NCBI GenBank assembly: GCA_012295275.1
Contig: CM022678.1
Location: forward strand, 5,208,001 to 5,272,000
Source: Chrysomallon squamiferum
Lineage: Eukaryota; Animalia; Mollusca
Direction of reading: 5' to 3'
Length of the DNA: 64,000 nucleotides
The notes under the pieces are model-generated. The model made no database searches, had not been told where the DNA came from, and was given only the letters and a program-made list of their open reading frames with translations. Positions 1 through 14,937 of this stretch are shown piece after piece. The stretch's first letter is position 1. Every line of letters starts with the position of its first letter. Position numbers and translations under genes: made by a program.

Positions 1-748
1 GACCCGTCTACTCCATCACCATTTTCATTATTCGTAAACACGTGTTTCCAACAGGAGTCGGCGTACCATCTCTCAACTGCATTAAATTTGGACTGAGAAG
101 CATTTATGGCACCTGGCAAAAAATAGTTCCTTACAAGCGTTCCGTTTGTGGGTACGTTGACAAAGCCCCAGGATGGGCTTTCAGCGTAAGCAACGTCCCA
201 GACAAGCTGTCCGACAACGATCCCATCTTTCGTAACTTTTACATTTCGACATGGTTCCGTGTAAAGGTCTTTCCATTTTAGTCTGACATCGTGTCCAGAT
301 AAAACAGATGCAATTAGCTTGTCTAATGATCCGTGAGTTACTGTCCCGTCTCTAGTCTGTTGAAGAAGCGACGAAAAACAAGACGAGTTCTTAACAAACC
401 ACTGGATTCCTGCGAAGAATTTCTTTTTGCTTGTTTCCGTGAAGTTGTTCACTTTGTACCTGATTTCTTTTATCTGTGTGTTTGTCGCTAACGTTAAGAG
501 GCGGCGATGTGGTTCTTCTTCAAAAGTGTTCCAGGTAGCCTTACTGATGTGTGAAATTGATTTGAAATAGATAACACCAAAGAAAGCAAAACTACTGTCT
601 AAGTTACCAACGTAGCCTAAAGATGGAATTAGATATTTGATTGGTTCCGACCGGGTGTAAGCAAGCACAAGGTCGTCAAATTTGCCAGAAACGGCTTTCC
701 CTTTTTCGTCGCTCTCGTAAACCTTATGCCATCGACTGTCGCAGAAAT
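1..748 (-). CDS. G1: large coding exon (partial, continues beyond window start) of secreted four-repeat protein family
   Basis: Minus-strand open frame after acceptor ttccag| reads (D)FCDSRWHKVYESDEKGKAVSGKFDDLVLAYTRSEPIKYLIPSLG...IQWFVKNSSCF...GSLDKLIASVLSGHDV...RWYADSCWKHVFTNNENGDGVDGS. It is collinear with G2 (9344-10896). It is absent from the ORF track because it has no stop in the window. Confidence 0.9.
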
Positions 749-1772
749 CTGGAAGATCAAAATTTAGAATGTAGCGTAGATGTATAGCAGATCTTCTTAA
801 TACAACATCAGTGTTGTGCGCAATTTTGGTGTAATTCTGGACATATCAGATAATTTACTTAGCTTATTGGACAGAGAAATTGTTTAGTGTAAGGCACATT
901 CTATGCATCAAATATTTTTACATATATCTGTTTCTCAATCTTTATGGTCCAGTTACTAACTGATGATGATGATAAATGTATTCGTGATGATAGGAATAAA
1001 TGATGTAATAAAATTATCTTTATTTGCAACTTACTATATTATTATTTTGTCGAACCGACCGTTGGTCAAATCGAAGTGGAACTGTGAAATAATACTCTTA
1101 CAAACTAACTCCAGACGTTATGTCACTGCGTAGTTTGAAAACCAGTGGGAAATCTTATTATTACTATATCATTTATTTATTTATTTATTTATTTTAAAAC
1201 AGGGGAACATCCAGATCAGACATTCCACAGCATACGGGATTACGTGACAATTACAGAAAAACTGATGTAATCCTGGTAGTTTAAAATAAATGTATAATTA
1301 TACTCTATTATTAATTGAAATTTTACATGAAACGAAAATTGAAAATAAATAAACAAACAAACAAACAAACAAACAAAAACAACAAAAATCAAAACAGAAA
1401 CACAGTTATCTAAATAACTAGCTAACCAAATTAACGATCTAAGAAATTCAAAAAAAACAGAAAATGAGACAGAGTCACAACTGAGTAACTAACTGGTAAA
1501 TAGAAAACACAGCTTTATGAGATTAGCTTGGTAATATAAAAACTATCCGTAGATGTATCGTTGGCACTTCTCTCAATTTCATATTGACTCATTCCGTTGG
1601 ATAAAACTGACGAAAACTAATAAATCAGTAAACTACGAAACCAAATGTTGTTGTAAGAAGCTGTGATTTGACTTCAAACAAGTTTCGAGACAATCAAGTA
1701 TTATTATAAATTTGACAAGGAGACGAGATTTCTTTAAAAAAAAAATTAAAATAATTTAAAAAAGAAGGAAAA

Positions 1773-1823
<51 letters not shown>

Positions 1824-2286
1824 ACAAATCAACAAATAGACAAATAAACAAACAAACAAATCAGCAAACACACAAGCAAATAAATAAATAAATAAACAGC
1901 TTGAACGAATGAAAAACATATTTTCTTCGTATTACCGTAAGTACACTTTAATGTAGATTTAATGTTTCCATAAATACCGAATATAAGCAGATAACGACAA
2001 CGACTATACCTATTACATACCTAAGCATACTGCATTATATAACTTTACTGTTTTACAATAATTTTGAAACAAAATTTACAAGTGTAGTAAATTTAAAAGT
2101 GACAAACAGAAAATCCTTTCTTATCTTAAACTTTTTTTAATTATTATTTCCCAACATCACAGCGTAATGAATAGAGGATACCATCTCTAACAGAGGATTA
2201 TAAATGTATATCTAAATAGCATGCAACATAAAATTATAGTAGATATTAAAGTGAGAAAGAAAGAAACGAAATCATGATGTTCTTAC

Positions 2287-2371
2287 CACACTGTTTTGCA
2301 ATTGCTGTCGTGGTTGTGAATATAAGTAGGAGAAGTTTCGCCAAGCATGGTAGACTTGAAACACGCTTCAT
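2287..2371 (-). CDS. G1: signal-peptide exon (MKRVSSLPCLAKLLLLIFTTTTAIAKQC)
   Basis: ATG at 2371, hydrophobic core, donor TGTG|GTAAGA. The 85 nt length gives phase 1, which joins in frame to the exon starting at 748 (G+AT = Asp). An acceptor ctattttag lies just upstream of the ATG. Confidence 0.88.
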
Positions 2372-2409
2372 AATGGACTCAATCTAAAATAGATTATTAT
2401 TATTATTAT

Positions 2410-2477
<68 letters not shown>

Positions 2478-2873
2478 TTTCAAATGATAATTCAAATATA
2501 ATGGATTTAATCTACCAGGAAGGGTTAAAAAGAATTTATATAAAGCTTATACTCAAGGATTAGTTACATAATATTGTTATCTGCTATATATGCTTTTTAA
2601 GATTTTATTTTATTTTTATTTATTTTGTTTTAAAAGTAATAATAATAATAATAAAGTGTATGAGTGCAAAATAACAAATATATATATATAGCCGTTGCTC
2701 CCCTTTCACCATTTTTGTCACCTGTCTGATTAGCTCTGTTAAATTCTCACGTGTCGGTTTAGGTTAAAACTAATAATGCCCGGAATTGTCACATTGAATT
2801 GAAACACATTAAGCAAAGTAAACGACTAAACATAGAAGAAGGTATTTATCTCTCTCTACCCAGGTACTTACCC

Positions 2874-3016
<143 letters not shown>

Positions 3017-3047
3017 GAAAAAAAAATAAAGGACTTAAACGTACTAC

Positions 3048-3117
3048 CTTTAATTTGCTCAGTATCTCTTCTATCCTCTTCAAGTGTCTCAAATTCAGTG
3101 ATTGTACTACATTTATA
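3048..3117 (-). promoter_or_regulatory. G1 TATA box and short non-coding first exon
   Basis: TATAAA at 3117-3112 on the minus strand, followed ~70 nt later by donor AAAG|GTAGTA. The block is conserved with the same position upstream of G2 (12052-12121). Confidence 0.6.
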
Positions 3118-3759
3118 CAAATGTGCATGATATGACTGGAAATGTTTCTGTGTTAAATCACAGCTTGTAGTGGCAACATTTGGGTTTCAGCAACTTTCAA
3201 AGAATATATTTCGCATTATAAATCGAAAAAAAAAAAGACGAAGTGAATTTTCTATATCTTATATTTATTTTCAACCTTTCCTAATAATAAAGGATGAAAA
3301 TAATATAACACACCATTCTTAGACGTTCCATTTGTTACACGGTCAGCTTAGGGACTAAATAAGCAAACCCCTGTAATATTAATGGAAATGTAACGGGTGC
3401 AGTTGGGTGAACATATTTATATACTGATACATCTGTACCACTGTACTGTAAGCTCTGGTCCTAAATGTACCGTTCATATGTACTATATGTAATAAAAAAA
3501 TAATTCATATTGTTCATATCTTTTTCTTTTTTTTTTAAAAAAAATAAAATAAATAAAATAAATAAATAAATAAACGTTAAAAAAAAAAATAATTTTTCGC
3601 CAACGTTAAAAAATAAAAAATAATAATAATTAATAAAAAAAAAAACAATAATACAAAAAAAAAAAAAAGGTTTTCTACGTAGTCTTATCTTCAACAGATC
3701 GACTGATTTGTTTCTCTTTCATTTTTTGCTCTTCCATTCGATCAAAAAAGAAACACGTC

Positions 3760-3990
3760 GATAAACAGATGTTAATTTATTCTCATTCACGGCAGTACAT
3801 TCTGATAAATTCATCTGGCTCATGTCTGATCGATATTTTCGATGACGTGGATCTTGCACGTGGAAATTGTTTTACGTCACTAGAGTATTACACAACACCA
3901 TATGGTAATTTCCAACAGTGCTCTTGATCACTAGATTTGAACTTTGTTTTTGATTGGTTCAAAATGCAAAATGATTGGCATGTGACAGGG
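3760..3990 (-). repeat. Copy of dispersed double-CCAAT block
   Basis: Reverse complement reads gccaatcattttgcattttgaaccaatcaaaaacaaag...aatttatcagaatgtactgccgtgaa...aattaacatctgtt, matching plus-strand copies at ~17830, 21540, 31340, 40590 and 46145. Confidence 0.7.
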
Positions 3991-4277
3991 ACTGTTATTG
4001 AATCAAACTCAGCAGCAGCGAACAGCGGCATGGTCCTGTTGTGTGAAATTTTGTGATACACTGACAGCTTTTCACAAGCGCAAAACATTTCCTAAATGAT
4101 CGATAACAATGCTTTAAGTCTGTTGTTGAAAGTGTAAAACGCAGTAAAACAGATTTTCAAAATATTCATTATTTTTGGACAGTTACCATGGACACATCCT
4201 GGCCAGATATGGCCAACTGAAAGGTATAAACACGGTTATGATATTCTGCTAATAAGAATACAATTTCATTATTAGGA

Positions 4278-4321
<44 letters not shown>

Positions 4322-5199
4322 CAACAACAACAACAACAACAAATAATAATAATAATAATAATAATAAATTAATTAATTAATTCTAGTTATTGCCATTGTT
4401 AAGAAAAATTATGAATTTATACATAAAATGAATCACTATATCAATATATCAAACAAAATTCCTGTTAGAATAATTATACAATAAAATTAATTATTCTTGT
4501 ATAACCATGACCAGTCTTACTAGAAAGAAAGGTATATATTTTTTCTGTTAAGAATAATCCAGTTAAAGAGATCTAAGAGTTTTAAAATAACGAAATTATT
4601 CTGAGTGTTTTTATTGCAAAAATTGGTTCCGTTATTTCCGTGCTCGGACTTTAATTCACAAGGAAGAAAACAAACAACTGCCCCAAATGAAATTATTCGA
4701 AATTGTGATCTGTCAATGCTTTGCAAATATTTTTGGAGATATTTGCTAACAAATCAAACTGTCGTAACAGAATCTTGTTTCCATGTTCCCCATAGTTAGA
4801 TTATTGTTAAATTCAATGATTGGTTAACTAGTAGAAAATAGAGTAAAACACTTGTTAAAATGCAGTCTGGTAAAATAATGGAAATGGTATTTTACACGTC
4901 GTTTCTCTTACGGGGTTCTTCAAACTCAGATTTCATGGAAATAAACCACTCGGGGTTTCGAGTTCGTTCAAAACCAAAAAAAAAATAAAAATAATAAAAT
5001 AAAAAATCAATGTATATAAATGAAAATACGTTGTAAGAACTCATCCTCTAATATGCTAAAATAAAATACCAAGAAAACATTTAAATATCTCAAAAACAAA
5101 CAAATAATTTCCACTTCTTTTAGCCCATCTATTCTACTTTTCTTTCTTTTTTCTTGATCATGTATTTGTTTTTTAAATTTATAATTTTTTTTTTTTTTT

Positions 5200-5627
5200 T
5201 TGTGAGAACAAAACAATTTGAGAAAACCTCCAGTATGTCCCATCCTCAAAAATGTCATTGATTTTTTTCTTTCACTTGAATCTAAAAAGAAGTAAAGGTT
5301 TTCCAGTACACATATAACACACCTATAACAGATGTCGAATTAATTTCTGTGTATTCTGATACAATCAATTTCCAATCAGATATAATGCCACGAAAACAGA
5401 AAAGAAATCTGCCTCATGTATAATCAATAGTTTAGATCCCTGTGATACTACACGTACACATTATTTTAGGCCACTAGAGCATTTCACAGCATTAAATGGT
5501 ATTTTCCAACAATGTCGTCAATCAGTATATTTGAATTTCATTTCTGATTGGATAAAACTGCAGGATGATTGGCATGAGACACGCACTGTTCAGAATCGAA
5601 TTCCGAATATAGCTGTGAGTGTGTCTG

Positions 5628-5683
<56 letters not shown>

Positions 5684-5850
5684 AGTTTTACAAAATAAAC
5701 TGAACAATTTATTATTAACACCACTTTACAGTGCTCTGTATTTCTACTTTCTTATAACGTGTTGTAATGGAAGATCCATCAGTTGTAACGGTAGTTACCA
5801 CAATGAAACACGTTGGGAGCAGAAACTATAAAACGCAGAAAATATGTTTT
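5200..5850. repeat. Upstream region of G1 duplicated upstream of G2 (~12870-13515), includes a double-CCAAT block
   Basis: Near-identical text in both places, e.g. tttccaatcagatataatg...tttagatccctgtgatactacacgtacaca...(GT)n...caatgaaacacgttggg. Confidence 0.8.
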
Positions 5851-6017
5851 CAAATTGTTCAGTTTGTTTTTGGACAGTTAACATGGACACATCCTGACCA
5901 AATGTGGCCAGCAGAAAGGTACAACCATTGACGTAATATTCTGTTAATAACAATATAATAACTTTATTACAAAGAAATCAGTTCATTATTTTGTAATTAT
6001 TAGCACCTTTAACATTT

Positions 6018-6084
<67 letters not shown>

Positions 6085-6245
6085 TTAAGCTATGAAATAA
6101 TTAGTTATGTAATTTCCGTATTTATGGCAAAGGCTCGAACCTTTATTCAGATGGAATATCTATGGAACATTCAAAACTATAGGCATTTTTTATTTTTTAA
6201 AATTCACTTTTTTGTATTAATTACTTTCCCAAAAACATCCAAAAA

Positions 6246-6316
<71 letters not shown>

Positions 6317-7185
6317 AGAAGAAGAAGAAGAAGTATAAAAAATACTCCAAAATGTATAAATCATTATTTATCTAAGTATAAGTATGAACAGACAATAATT
6401 GTACTAATTGTTATTGTTTTCCATCGCAGTTTGCAAGTCGTTTTCCCTGAAGTCGAAATGGTCACTTTGATCTGTCGAATTGTGCCACTGAGATTAATAA
6501 CAATATTTTCAATAACTATTGGTATTTTCTTCTGGAAACTGATAACACATAATAACCGTCTGTTTCTCGCATTCATTCATCAACTGTATTTGTCTCTCTC
6601 ACACACACACAAGCTTGTCTTGGCTTGAAAATGGACGCTTGTGAACCAGGCAGTTCTTTATCATGTGTCACATTCCTCACACTAAGATAATGTGTCTAGC
6701 AGTCTTTATATCTAATCAATATTATTTATTTTTGTCCACGAAATACAATAGATTTTACCACTTTAGGCAATACCTCCTTAATTTAACAAAACGTAAAAAT
6801 AAATAACAAAATATGCAAGCATAATGATATTACACCATCTAGACTATATGTTCTGCAACTGTTTTAGCCTAAGTACAAAAAAGCCCCGAAAACCCTGCAA
6901 TATGCAATAATTTAATTGGTTAGACCGTTTAATTTGACAATACTAAATTTTTCTTCTTCAGATCAATAAAATGGCTGACTGTAAAAGGAGACAAAGGTTT
7001 TACACTACATAAATTTCACTATCAAACGTATAAGACATGCTAATTTAATGTCTCTCACGATATTATATTCTGATAATGTTACATTCCAATTTGATGTAAT
7101 ATATATAAAAGACAGTTTATCAAAAACAGCAGTAACAAATAAACTAAAAATACTACTCCTACTACTACTACTACTGCTACTAATG

Positions 7186-7228
<43 letters not shown>

Positions 7229-7744
7229 CAACAAGAACAACAATAATAATGGTAAAGTGCATATATTGTAATTATATGCATATAATTTCGAGTTCGTTAG
7301 TTAAAACCAATTGTGATTTTGGTTCTGTAATATTATTGTTATTATTTGTTTATTTTTATACTGTTTTATAAATATCTAAACAAAGTAGAATGAAGTAAAT
7401 GTAATAAAGCAAACAAACAAACCAAAGATAATTCCATAACAATAACAATGCTCATAAGTGCATGTATTTTAATTATATGAATATAGTTCGGTATTCATTA
7501 ATGAAAATAAAATGTGATCCTTAAGTTATTAGTTTCTTTTTTTATGATTTACAAATATTAAAATAAATAAAACGAAGGAAATGTAAGAACAAAAAGAAAA
7601 AGAAAAACATGCCACCAAGCGAAAAATAAACAAACAAATCAATCAGTGAATAAAACAAACAAACACACATATAAATAAATAAACAAACAAATAAATAAAG
7701 CAAATAAAAATGAGAATATTATCCGAAATGAGATATGTTCATCC

Positions 7745-8110
7745 TCTGTCTAGCAAAATGACAGAATGAAGCACTTTGTTGAAACACCGTATTCTCCGTC
7801 AATTCTAATTCATTAGGTTCATGAATAAGCTGCATTTTTAAATATTTATTAAACGTCTCGTGTTCTTTGTAAATTGTTTTCTGAATAATAAATAATTTAA
7901 GAATAAAATAAAATAAGTTTAAAAATGTTCAACATTTACCATAATGTAAAAAAAACCGGGACGTATGCTTCTGAAATTAATCTCAGATATTGATTCTAAG
8001 TTCGTGTCTTTTATCTCGTACTGGTCAGAATAAGTTGTCACAGGTGCAAAACTGATTTATTCTGATGGTGTGTGATGTGGACACCTTTAAATTCTGGTGT
8101 AAAGATAACT
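7745..8110. repeat. Local duplication, partner at ~14315-14670
   Basis: Shared tctagcaaaatgacagaa...gttgaaacaccgtattctccgtca...ttcgtgtcttttatctcgtac. Confidence 0.75.
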
Positions 8111-8599
8111 GGAAGAAAAAAAAAACCTGAATACAATCTCCTCTAAATTGCTAAATGCATCTAGAGTTATTGCAATTAAACTATTTTGTGTTACCAAGCA
8201 GAGGGAATACTACTGTAACATTACTGTCTGTAATCACAGAATATGTAAACTGTGTTGCTTTTTGAGGGATGAGGAATGAAGGGGTTTGTGTGGGACCTCC
8301 AATTCAGGTCCTGTTTAGAGAAGATAACAGTTTTGTTAAAAATCAGTTAATTGAAATCAATGCTTTTGGAATCGTTTTATAAATATAAGACCCAGAATAA
8401 TATTTTTGGGACTGTACATAGCATGGAACATTGGAAATTTGATGAAAAACGCGAGTGAAATTCATTTCTAATCTGTGTTCTTTTGTATCTTCTATATGCA
8501 GAATGTTGTTTTTTCGTTTTTCAACATTTTCATTATCGTTATAATTATTATTATTACAGCAATAAATATTATTATGTACATATGTGTATGTCTATATGC

Positions 8600-8669
<70 letters not shown>

Positions 8670-9037
8670 GTGCTGATGATAATGCTGATGATTATTATGG
8701 AATGGTGATGATGACTTTCTTATTGCAACTTGTTTAAATGTAGGCTATATCAAAACTCCGTTCGACATGGGTCTATGGTAGTACTGATGGCATGATGATA
8801 AGAAAGGATTTTCTAGTTCTCACTTTTCTATTTACTATACTTGTATATTCTACATAATAAAACAGTAAAGTCATACAGTGCGATATGCTCTGATATTTAA
8901 CAGTTATCTCCTTGGGCTTTCTCTGCTGATGCAAAAAAAATGGATGTAGACATTAAAGCGTATCTTTGATAACTTGAAGACGAGTATATTTTGTTTTTCA
9001 TGCTTTCAAGCTGTATTCACATTTTTTAATAGTTTTC

Positions 9038-9087
<50 letters not shown>

Positions 9088-9343
9088 TAGAAAACGGCAA
9101 ATACGTTACTTTCAGCATAAACATGCGCGCAAACACATACAGTAACACTGACAAGCCTGTGCATGAGTTATAATAATAAAATAACAACACTGATAATAAT
9201 AACAATAAGAAGAAGAAGAAAGAAGAAGAAGAAACAAACAAACAACAGAAATACCAAAACAACATTAGTTTGCTTTATTAATAAGAGTGTGTATGTGTGT
9301 GCGTATGCGTGTGAGTGTCAATGTGAGCGTTAACGTTCCAAAG

Positions 9344-10896
9344 TTAATAGTTGACAAACCAGTTGATGGCATATTTGGCAGAAAAGTGACCGTCACCGAC
9401 GCTTTTTCCTACACGTCTTTGAGAGACGTCGACATCACCTTGTGTAGTGATGATCATGTATTTCCAGTAGGCCTCTTCCTTTATTTTGAATTCCTGTGAT
9501 CCCATTTCTTTAGTACTGACACTCTGCAGTACCTCGGCAGACACTTCTCCAGAAGGACCTAACTCGAGGTTACTAATCTTAAAGAATGTCCAAACCTGTT
9601 TTGGACAATCATATGAGCTGCCGTGTCTTCCACTTGATCCTTCGTGTCTGTGCCACAACCATCCACCATGTCCGCCCATTTCCCACCAAGCAACATGTCT
9701 TTTCCTCGGAGTGTTTGAAGCTGGTTTGCTGTGACCAATCTCAACAGCCACGCGTACATCAGCGCCATTTTCAACAGCTGCTCTCAACTCGGCTTTCGAT
9801 CCAAATACTACATCGCCATTTATGTTAGTTGAAAAGACTTTTGTCCATGGTCGTGTATCAACAAACCATTTGATTGTTTTCTTTTCGTTTTCTTCACCAA
9901 CGGATCCGCCGTTAAATAACATGTATCTACGTGTGGCCACCGTTCCTGTCGTGTGCGCCATCTGCCAGTGCCAAATTCCTCTGAATTTGTCATCCACTTC
10001 TTCATCGTAGAGATTATTCAAAAGCTGAGCAGATATCTGTCCCGATTTTATCCTCACGTTGTCCGCCTCAGTCGAGAGGTTTCCCATAATTACCTTCACC
10101 CTGTGTCCATCTTTAACGGCAGAAATCAGTTCAGAAAGAGACCCATCTACTGCGTTACCATTTTCATCATTCGTAAACACGCGTCTCCAGCAGGAGTCGG
10201 CGTACCACTTCCCCGGCAGAGACAAATTGACGTGAGTAAGAAACGGGGAACCGGGAAGCCAAGAGTTCTTCTGAGCTTGTCCGCTTGGGTATACATTTAC
10301 AAAGGCCCAATTTGGATGTTCACCGTATTCGGTATCCCAGATAATTTGGCCGACGACGTTCCCATCCTTGGTAACTTTTATATTTCGAAATGGGGCCATG
10401 AACTCATTACTCCAAATTTCTGTCACGTCGTGTCCAGATGCAGTTGATGCGATTAGCTTATCTAATGTGCCGTTGGTTACTGTCCCGTTTTTGGAATGCT
10501 CAAGAACCAGCGAAAAGCAGAATGACTCCTTAAGGAACCACTGCATTCTTTCTCTGTAGTATTTGGTGAATATTCGCGTATTGTTGTCGACATCGTACCT
10601 TGTTTCCATTATTTGTCCCCTCGTTGTCAATCTTAAGAGGCGGTGGTACGGTTCTTCTTCAAATGTGTTCCAGTTCGCCTTGCTTACGTACGATCTTGAT
10701 TGAAAATAGATCATACTGGACCGATGGTAATTACTGTCAGAGATACCGATGTAACCTTCTTCTCCCCACGACGGAATTAAGTATCTTATTGGTTCCGCCT
10801 GTTTGGCACCATTCAAAAGATCATTAAAGCTGCCCGAAATGGCTGTTCCTCGGTTATCGTGTTCGTAAACCTTACGCCATCGACTGTTGCAGAAAT
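9344..10896 (-). CDS. G2: large coding exon of secreted four-repeat protein (spliced product ~545 aa)
   Basis: The 490-aa ORF 9344-10816 extends open upstream (FCNSRWRKVYEHDNRGTAISGSFNDL) to acceptor tttccag| at 10897-10898. It ends WFVNY*. AATAAA lies on the minus strand at 9279-9274. Confidence 0.93.
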
Positions 10897-11424
10897 CTGG
10901 AAAATGGATATTTACAGACTAATATAGTGAATTAGACGTTACCTGATGTAGGGCAGAAAACCTTAATGCAACATGAATATTGCTCGCAGCTTTCGTGGAA
11001 TTCACGAGCACAAACCAAATAATTTACTTAGAGTCGAAGACAGTGAAATTGTTTAGTGTGAGGCTTATACTATGCATCAAATCTTTATTTTTGAATATAA
11101 TCTGATTCTTAATCTGTATGGTCCAGTTACTAATTGTGAATGATGGTAAATGTTATATATCTAGACGTATTGCAGTAAATAACTTTACTGTTTTACAATA
11201 ATTTTATAATAAAATAAACAAGTGTAGTAAATTTAAAGGTGACAACAAAAAAATCTTTTCTTAGTTTTAATCCTTCTTTTTTCTTTTTCCAACATCACCA
11301 TGTAATAGATAAAGGAAATCTATCTCTGACCGATACTTTATATAATTTGCAACCAAACAATATGAAATATTAAAGTGTGGCATATATTAAAGTCAGAAAA
11401 ATATAATCATCATGATATTCTTAC

Positions 11425-11509
11425 CACATTGTTCTGCAACTGCTGTAGCGGTTGTCAGTATAAGTACGAGAACTTTTCCTAAGTATGGTACATTTGAAAC
11501 AGATTTCAT
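11425..11509 (-). CDS. G2: signal-peptide exon (MKSVSNVPYLGKVLVLILTTATAVAEQC)
   Basis: ATG at 11509, donor TGTG|GTAAGA, 85 nt, phase 1 and in frame with the exon starting at 10896. Confidence 0.9.
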
Positions 11510-11528
11510 AATGTACTCAGTCTGAAAT

Positions 11529-11559
<31 letters not shown>

Positions 11560-11566
11560 TATTATA

Positions 11567-11634
<68 letters not shown>

Positions 11635-12051
11635 TATTACAGTTGAAAAACAAAATACAGTAAAAATTAATATGATTTAATCCATAAGGATAAATTAAAA
11701 GAAGGTATATAAAGCTTATACTAAAGCTTTGTATATATATAATATTGTCATATTCTTTATAGGATTTTTTTATACGTAGTTAAAATAATAATAAAAATTG
11801 TTTCACTGTAAAATAATCAATTTCTCCGCTTCCAACGTAAACTGACAGTATCTATACGTGTCTGATTAATCGTGTACAATTTTCGTGTGTCAATTTAGAA
11901 TAAAACTAATGATGCCTCGAATAGCCACATTAAACTGAAACGAATTAAGCGAGTTAGCAAAGTAAACGAGAAAAACGTAGAAGAATGTCTCTCTCAACAC
12001 TTGTTTTTTTTTTTTTTTTTTTTTTTTAGAAAACAAATGACTTAAACGTAC

Positions 12052-12121
12052 CTTTAGCTTGTTCAATAACTCTGCGATCCTCTTCAAGTGTTTCAAATTC
12101 AATTATCTTACTACATTTATA
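12052..12121 (-). promoter_or_regulatory. G2 TATA box and non-coding first exon
   Basis: TATAAA at 12121-12116 and donor AAAG|GTACGT at 12052/12051. The same donor hexamer ends the first exons of G3, G4 and G6. Confidence 0.62.
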
Positions 12122-13265
12122 CAAATATTCATGATAAGTCTGGAAATGTTTCTGTGTTAAATCACAGCTTGTGGTTGCAACATTCGGGTTTCGAAAACTT
12201 TGAACGAATTTATTTCGTTTTATGAATCAATAAAAAAAAAAAAAAAAAAAAAAAAGTTAATTTTCTATTTTTCATATTATTATCAACCTTTCCTAGTAAT
12301 AAAGGATGAAAATAATATAACATGCCATTGCTACATGTCCCATTTTTACACTGTCAGCTTAGGAACTAACCAAACAAACACCTATAATATTATTGGAATT
12401 GTGAACACAGTTGGGTGAACACGTTTATACACTGATACGGCTACAACACTAATTTATGCCCCAGAGCTATATATATATATTTATTTCATATCTAACATAT
12501 TGTGATAAGAAAATAATTCATGTTATTCATGACTTATGTGACTGAATTTATAATAAATGGGAGTTTATTACTGCATTTTAGATACAAGGCACTTGATCAC
12601 TAGTTCTCTCAGATATGGCCTGTGTTATTGAAAGATATGTGACAAACAGGATGTTTAACAAATGGGAGGATACCACCTCGCCTGGCCCTGGGATCTTCAC
12701 CTCTGATTACCTCTGATAAAATATATATAAAAAAATATATTTAAATATCGAAAAAGCCAAACATTTTCTACAGCTTTTAGACCTTCTATTCTGCAATCGT
12801 TTTTGGCCACATAAAATTTTTTTTTTTATTTATTTTTTTTTTTTTTTTTTGAATGACTATAAACGAGTTTGACAAATCCTGAAGTATGTCCCATCTTTTG
12901 AAACGTCATTGATTTTTCTCTTTCACTCTTTACACTCAACTCAATAAAAAAGATCGAATCTAAAATGAAGTATAGATTTTTCAGTACACACATGTTGAAT
13001 TAATTTCAGTGTATTCTGTTAAAATTAATTTCCAATCAGATATAATGCTACGAAAACAGAAAAGACATCTGCCTCGTGTATAATCAATAGTTTAGATCCC
13101 TGTGATACTACACGTACACATTATTTTAAGCCACTAGAGCATTTCAGGACACAAAATGGTATTTTCCAACAGTGTCCTCAAACAGTATATTTGAACTTGT
13201 TTCTGATTGGATAAAAATGTGGGATGATTGGCGTGAGACACAAACTATTCAGAATCAAATTTCGA

Positions 13266-13382
<117 letters not shown>

Positions 13383-13559
13383 CAAATTAGCACAACTTTA
13401 AAGAGTTCAATTTTACTTTCTTATGAAATATTATAATGGACGATCCGAGAGTTGTAACGGTACTTACCACAATGAAACACGTTGGGAGTAGAAACTATAA
13501 AAAGCAGAAAATACTGAGCAAGTTAAAGGTACTACGTTTAAGTCCTTTGTTTTTTATTC

Positions 13560-13850
<291 letters not shown>

Positions 13851-14872
13851 CTCTTGTAGATATACATACATTTAATTTCACAACAGAACGCATCAAATGT
13901 GTTGAATGTTTTGGGAAATAAACGAAAAACATATTGATTATAAATTTTTAAAAAGAAAACAAAATATACCGCTAGTACATAATCACTGAGTATGAAAATC
14001 GTTTCACTCTCTGTTTTCATGAGTTACTTTTCAATTAATCCGTTGTCCTGGATCGATGTTTAGTTAAATAAACAACTGCCTTCACAAATCCTCATAAAAA
14101 AAAAAATATATATAAATATATAAAATATAAAATTATAGCGGACAAAAATCTGAACATCGAGGAGACAAATATATTAATGTATGTCTTGCCATCCAACTTC
14201 TAGAAAAGTTGTTATTTAGAATGTTTAATGAATAACATTTGTATTCGGAATCTTCTATTTCGAAATTTTAATAGAATGTGTGAAATCAACTGTTTATTCA
14301 GCTAAATATCTAATGTCTAGCAAAATGACAGAAGGCAGCATGTTGTTGAAACACCGTATTCTCCGTCAGTTCTAATTGGTTAGGTTCAGAAATAATCTGC
14401 AGTTTTAAATATCTGTTAAAAGTCTCATCTTCTTTATCAATTTGTTTTGTGCATAATGAATAACTTAAGAACAACCTAAAATAAGTTTAAAACATTCACC
14501 ATTTGATATGATGAAGAAAAGGTGACGAATGCTTCTCAAATTAATTTCAGATATTGATTTATAGTTCGTGTCTTTTATCTCGTACCTGTCAAAACAAATT
14601 GTGACAGGTGTAAAACGGATTTATATTCATGTGGTGTCATATGAATAGATTTAAATTTTGTGGTAAAGATAAGTGAAAGAAAATATGTGAACAAACTGCC
14701 TTCTACATTGATTAATGCGATATCTACATCTGCTTTTACTACTGTTGAAATAAATAAATGATATCGCAATAATAATAATAATGGTGACGATGATGATGAA
14801 ACTGATGATGTTCATGATGATAGTAATGATGATGATGATGATAAAATAATGGTGATGATGATGATGATAATA

Positions 14873-14916
<44 letters not shown>

Positions 14917-14937
14917 CTATTTTAGAACGAGTTCATT

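Noticed and set aside
9287-10827. Several plus-strand ORFs overlapping G2, and antisense ORFs over G3-G6 and the methyltransferases
   Set aside because: They are shadow frames of real coding exons, and their recurrence only reflects paralogy.
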